DNA from: Octopus bimaculoides
Lineage: Eukaryota
Reading direction: 5' to 3'
DNA: 63,419 bases
Assembly: GCF_001194135.2 (NCBI RefSeq)
Contig: NC_068988.1
Location: 53,047,114 to 53,110,532 of the forward strand
Below, in pieces: positions 62,072-63,419 of the stretch; position 1 is the stretch's first letter, and each line of letters opens with the position of its first letter. The translations under genes were made by a program, and so were the position numbers. Below the pieces are notes generated by a model that did no database searches, had not been told where the DNA came from, and worked only from the letters and a program-made list of their open reading frames with translations.

Positions 62072-63419
62072 ATAACATGATTAATACGAAAGCAACAATA
62101 TATTGTATCGATTGTTTTTATCTATTGCTGATATTAGTATCATTAAAATTACTTGTAATTAATTCATACTCGAAGTAGTTGAAATATACTTTTATAAATA
62201 TTAAATATTAATTATATAATAATGTTTTCTCTTAAAATCTTTTTTAATGTTTGAGTAGTTATTTAAACAAAAGATATTTTCGATTCGCTTTTATATTAAA
62301 TAAATAAGAACTGCTGTGTCATACTACTAAAAGTAAGGGAGGTAACTACATTTTTTAAAAGTTGTATTACTGAATAAGTTGTGTGCTATTAGTCACGCAG
62401 GCTACAAGTTGTTGTGGTGGGAAATAGTGATCATGTGATATTCACACTTTCCCGAACAGTGTTAACGAGTAATGTGAAACTGGACAGTCACCTTGGTTTC
62501 TTTCTTTTTTTTTGTTTTTTAATAAGCTTCAGTTCGCGACTAATAAATTTCTTTTCACTTGAAATCATGTTAGAGATTTAATCGATTGAATTAAAGCTGT
62601 GAATTATATTTTGCTTTTTATATTTTAATTTATTTAAAATCTAATTTGTCTTTGTCACATGCTATTCCCTCCCGCTAATCGAGCGCCAGTTTTCAGGCAG
62701 TAAATCTAGCGACTTCAGATTCACTTTCGTCGCCAGTTTTATTTTCACCGGGATAGTTGACTGTTCTCATTTGCAACATTGAGTCCTGAAAGCAAATTAA
62801 TGAAAATAAAAGGTTTTATTATCCCTCGTTACCTAATTACTGACACAAAATTTCGCTGTCACTATTTTCTTATAGGGAAAACTTGCTCACCGCAAATATG
62901 TTAGCATCTAAGAGTTTGTGTATTATAAAATCTGTATATGATAATGAAATAACGACGACAGTGGTGATGATGATGGTAATAATGTTATTTATTACTTCTG
63001 GCCATAATCAAGCAATCCTCTAATCAAAAACATACCAACCATAGCTGTCCCGCCTTTTCAGGGTGTTTGTTGGTGTTTAAGTAATATTTGGCTGCTGTTT
63101 CTAGCACGTCGGCTGATCGCGTAGAGGCAACTATGGTAATAAACCCTGATTGAAAAGACTTGATCAAAAGTGTTCCAGTCGTGTCCATCACGTCTTTTTA
63201 AATATCAAGGGCAGCGTTTTCCATTCTGTCCTTTTTTTTTTTTTTTAAGTTGGTAGGGGATCGAAAGAAAGCCGATTTGGCAGCTATTTCAGCAGTTCGA
63301 TCGACTACGGATGGCGTCAACAGTTGAAGTCTGTTAAACTTGTTCTTTTATAACTTTCTTTTCTAGAAACATTCCAATATATCCTCCCGTCATAGCAAAG
63401 ACGGGATGAAGATAGGTAA

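Noticed and set aside
62350-62800. Repeat-free, CpG-containing stretch that might be another promoter or first exon
   Set aside because: No specific motif combination or ORF to support it; needs CAGE or ATAC data.
2-63419. Most ORFs in the supplied track (poly-YI, HT, CV, LS, M/D or X-rich)
   Set aside because: They are translations of microsatellites, SINEs or N-gaps, with no protein-family signal.

Overview
This is AT-rich, repeat-saturated animal genomic DNA with about 18 N-gaps. I infer an octopus draft assembly from the extreme (TA)n/(CA)n/(GA)n/(GAT)n density and tRNA-headed SINEs; this was not database-checked. I cannot support any intact host protein-coding gene: nearly all ORFs in the track are microsatellite or gap artefacts. 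Supported content: (i) dozens of copies of about 5 recurrent SINE-like families in both orientations, built from interchangeable modules; (ii) decayed autonomous elements recognisable by translation: a roughly full-length Tigger/pogo transposon (51.3-54.7 kb), three R4/Dong-type restriction-like-endonuclease tails in (TAA)n arrays (28.0-29.15 kb), RTE and CR1/jockey-type LINE relics and a Penelope-like endonuclease tail; (iii) non-autonomous DNA elements: a fold-back element with an internal (TTAGGG)n core, a Helitron-like element and small MITEs/hairpins; (iv) a marked CpG-poor to CpG-normal transition near 48-50 kb that may mark a gene boundary, with weak minus-strand exon and initiator candidates; (v) a structured island at 61.9 kb with partial HDV-ribozyme-like topology. 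Family assignments come from motif recall and need Dfam/Repbase/HMM confirmation.
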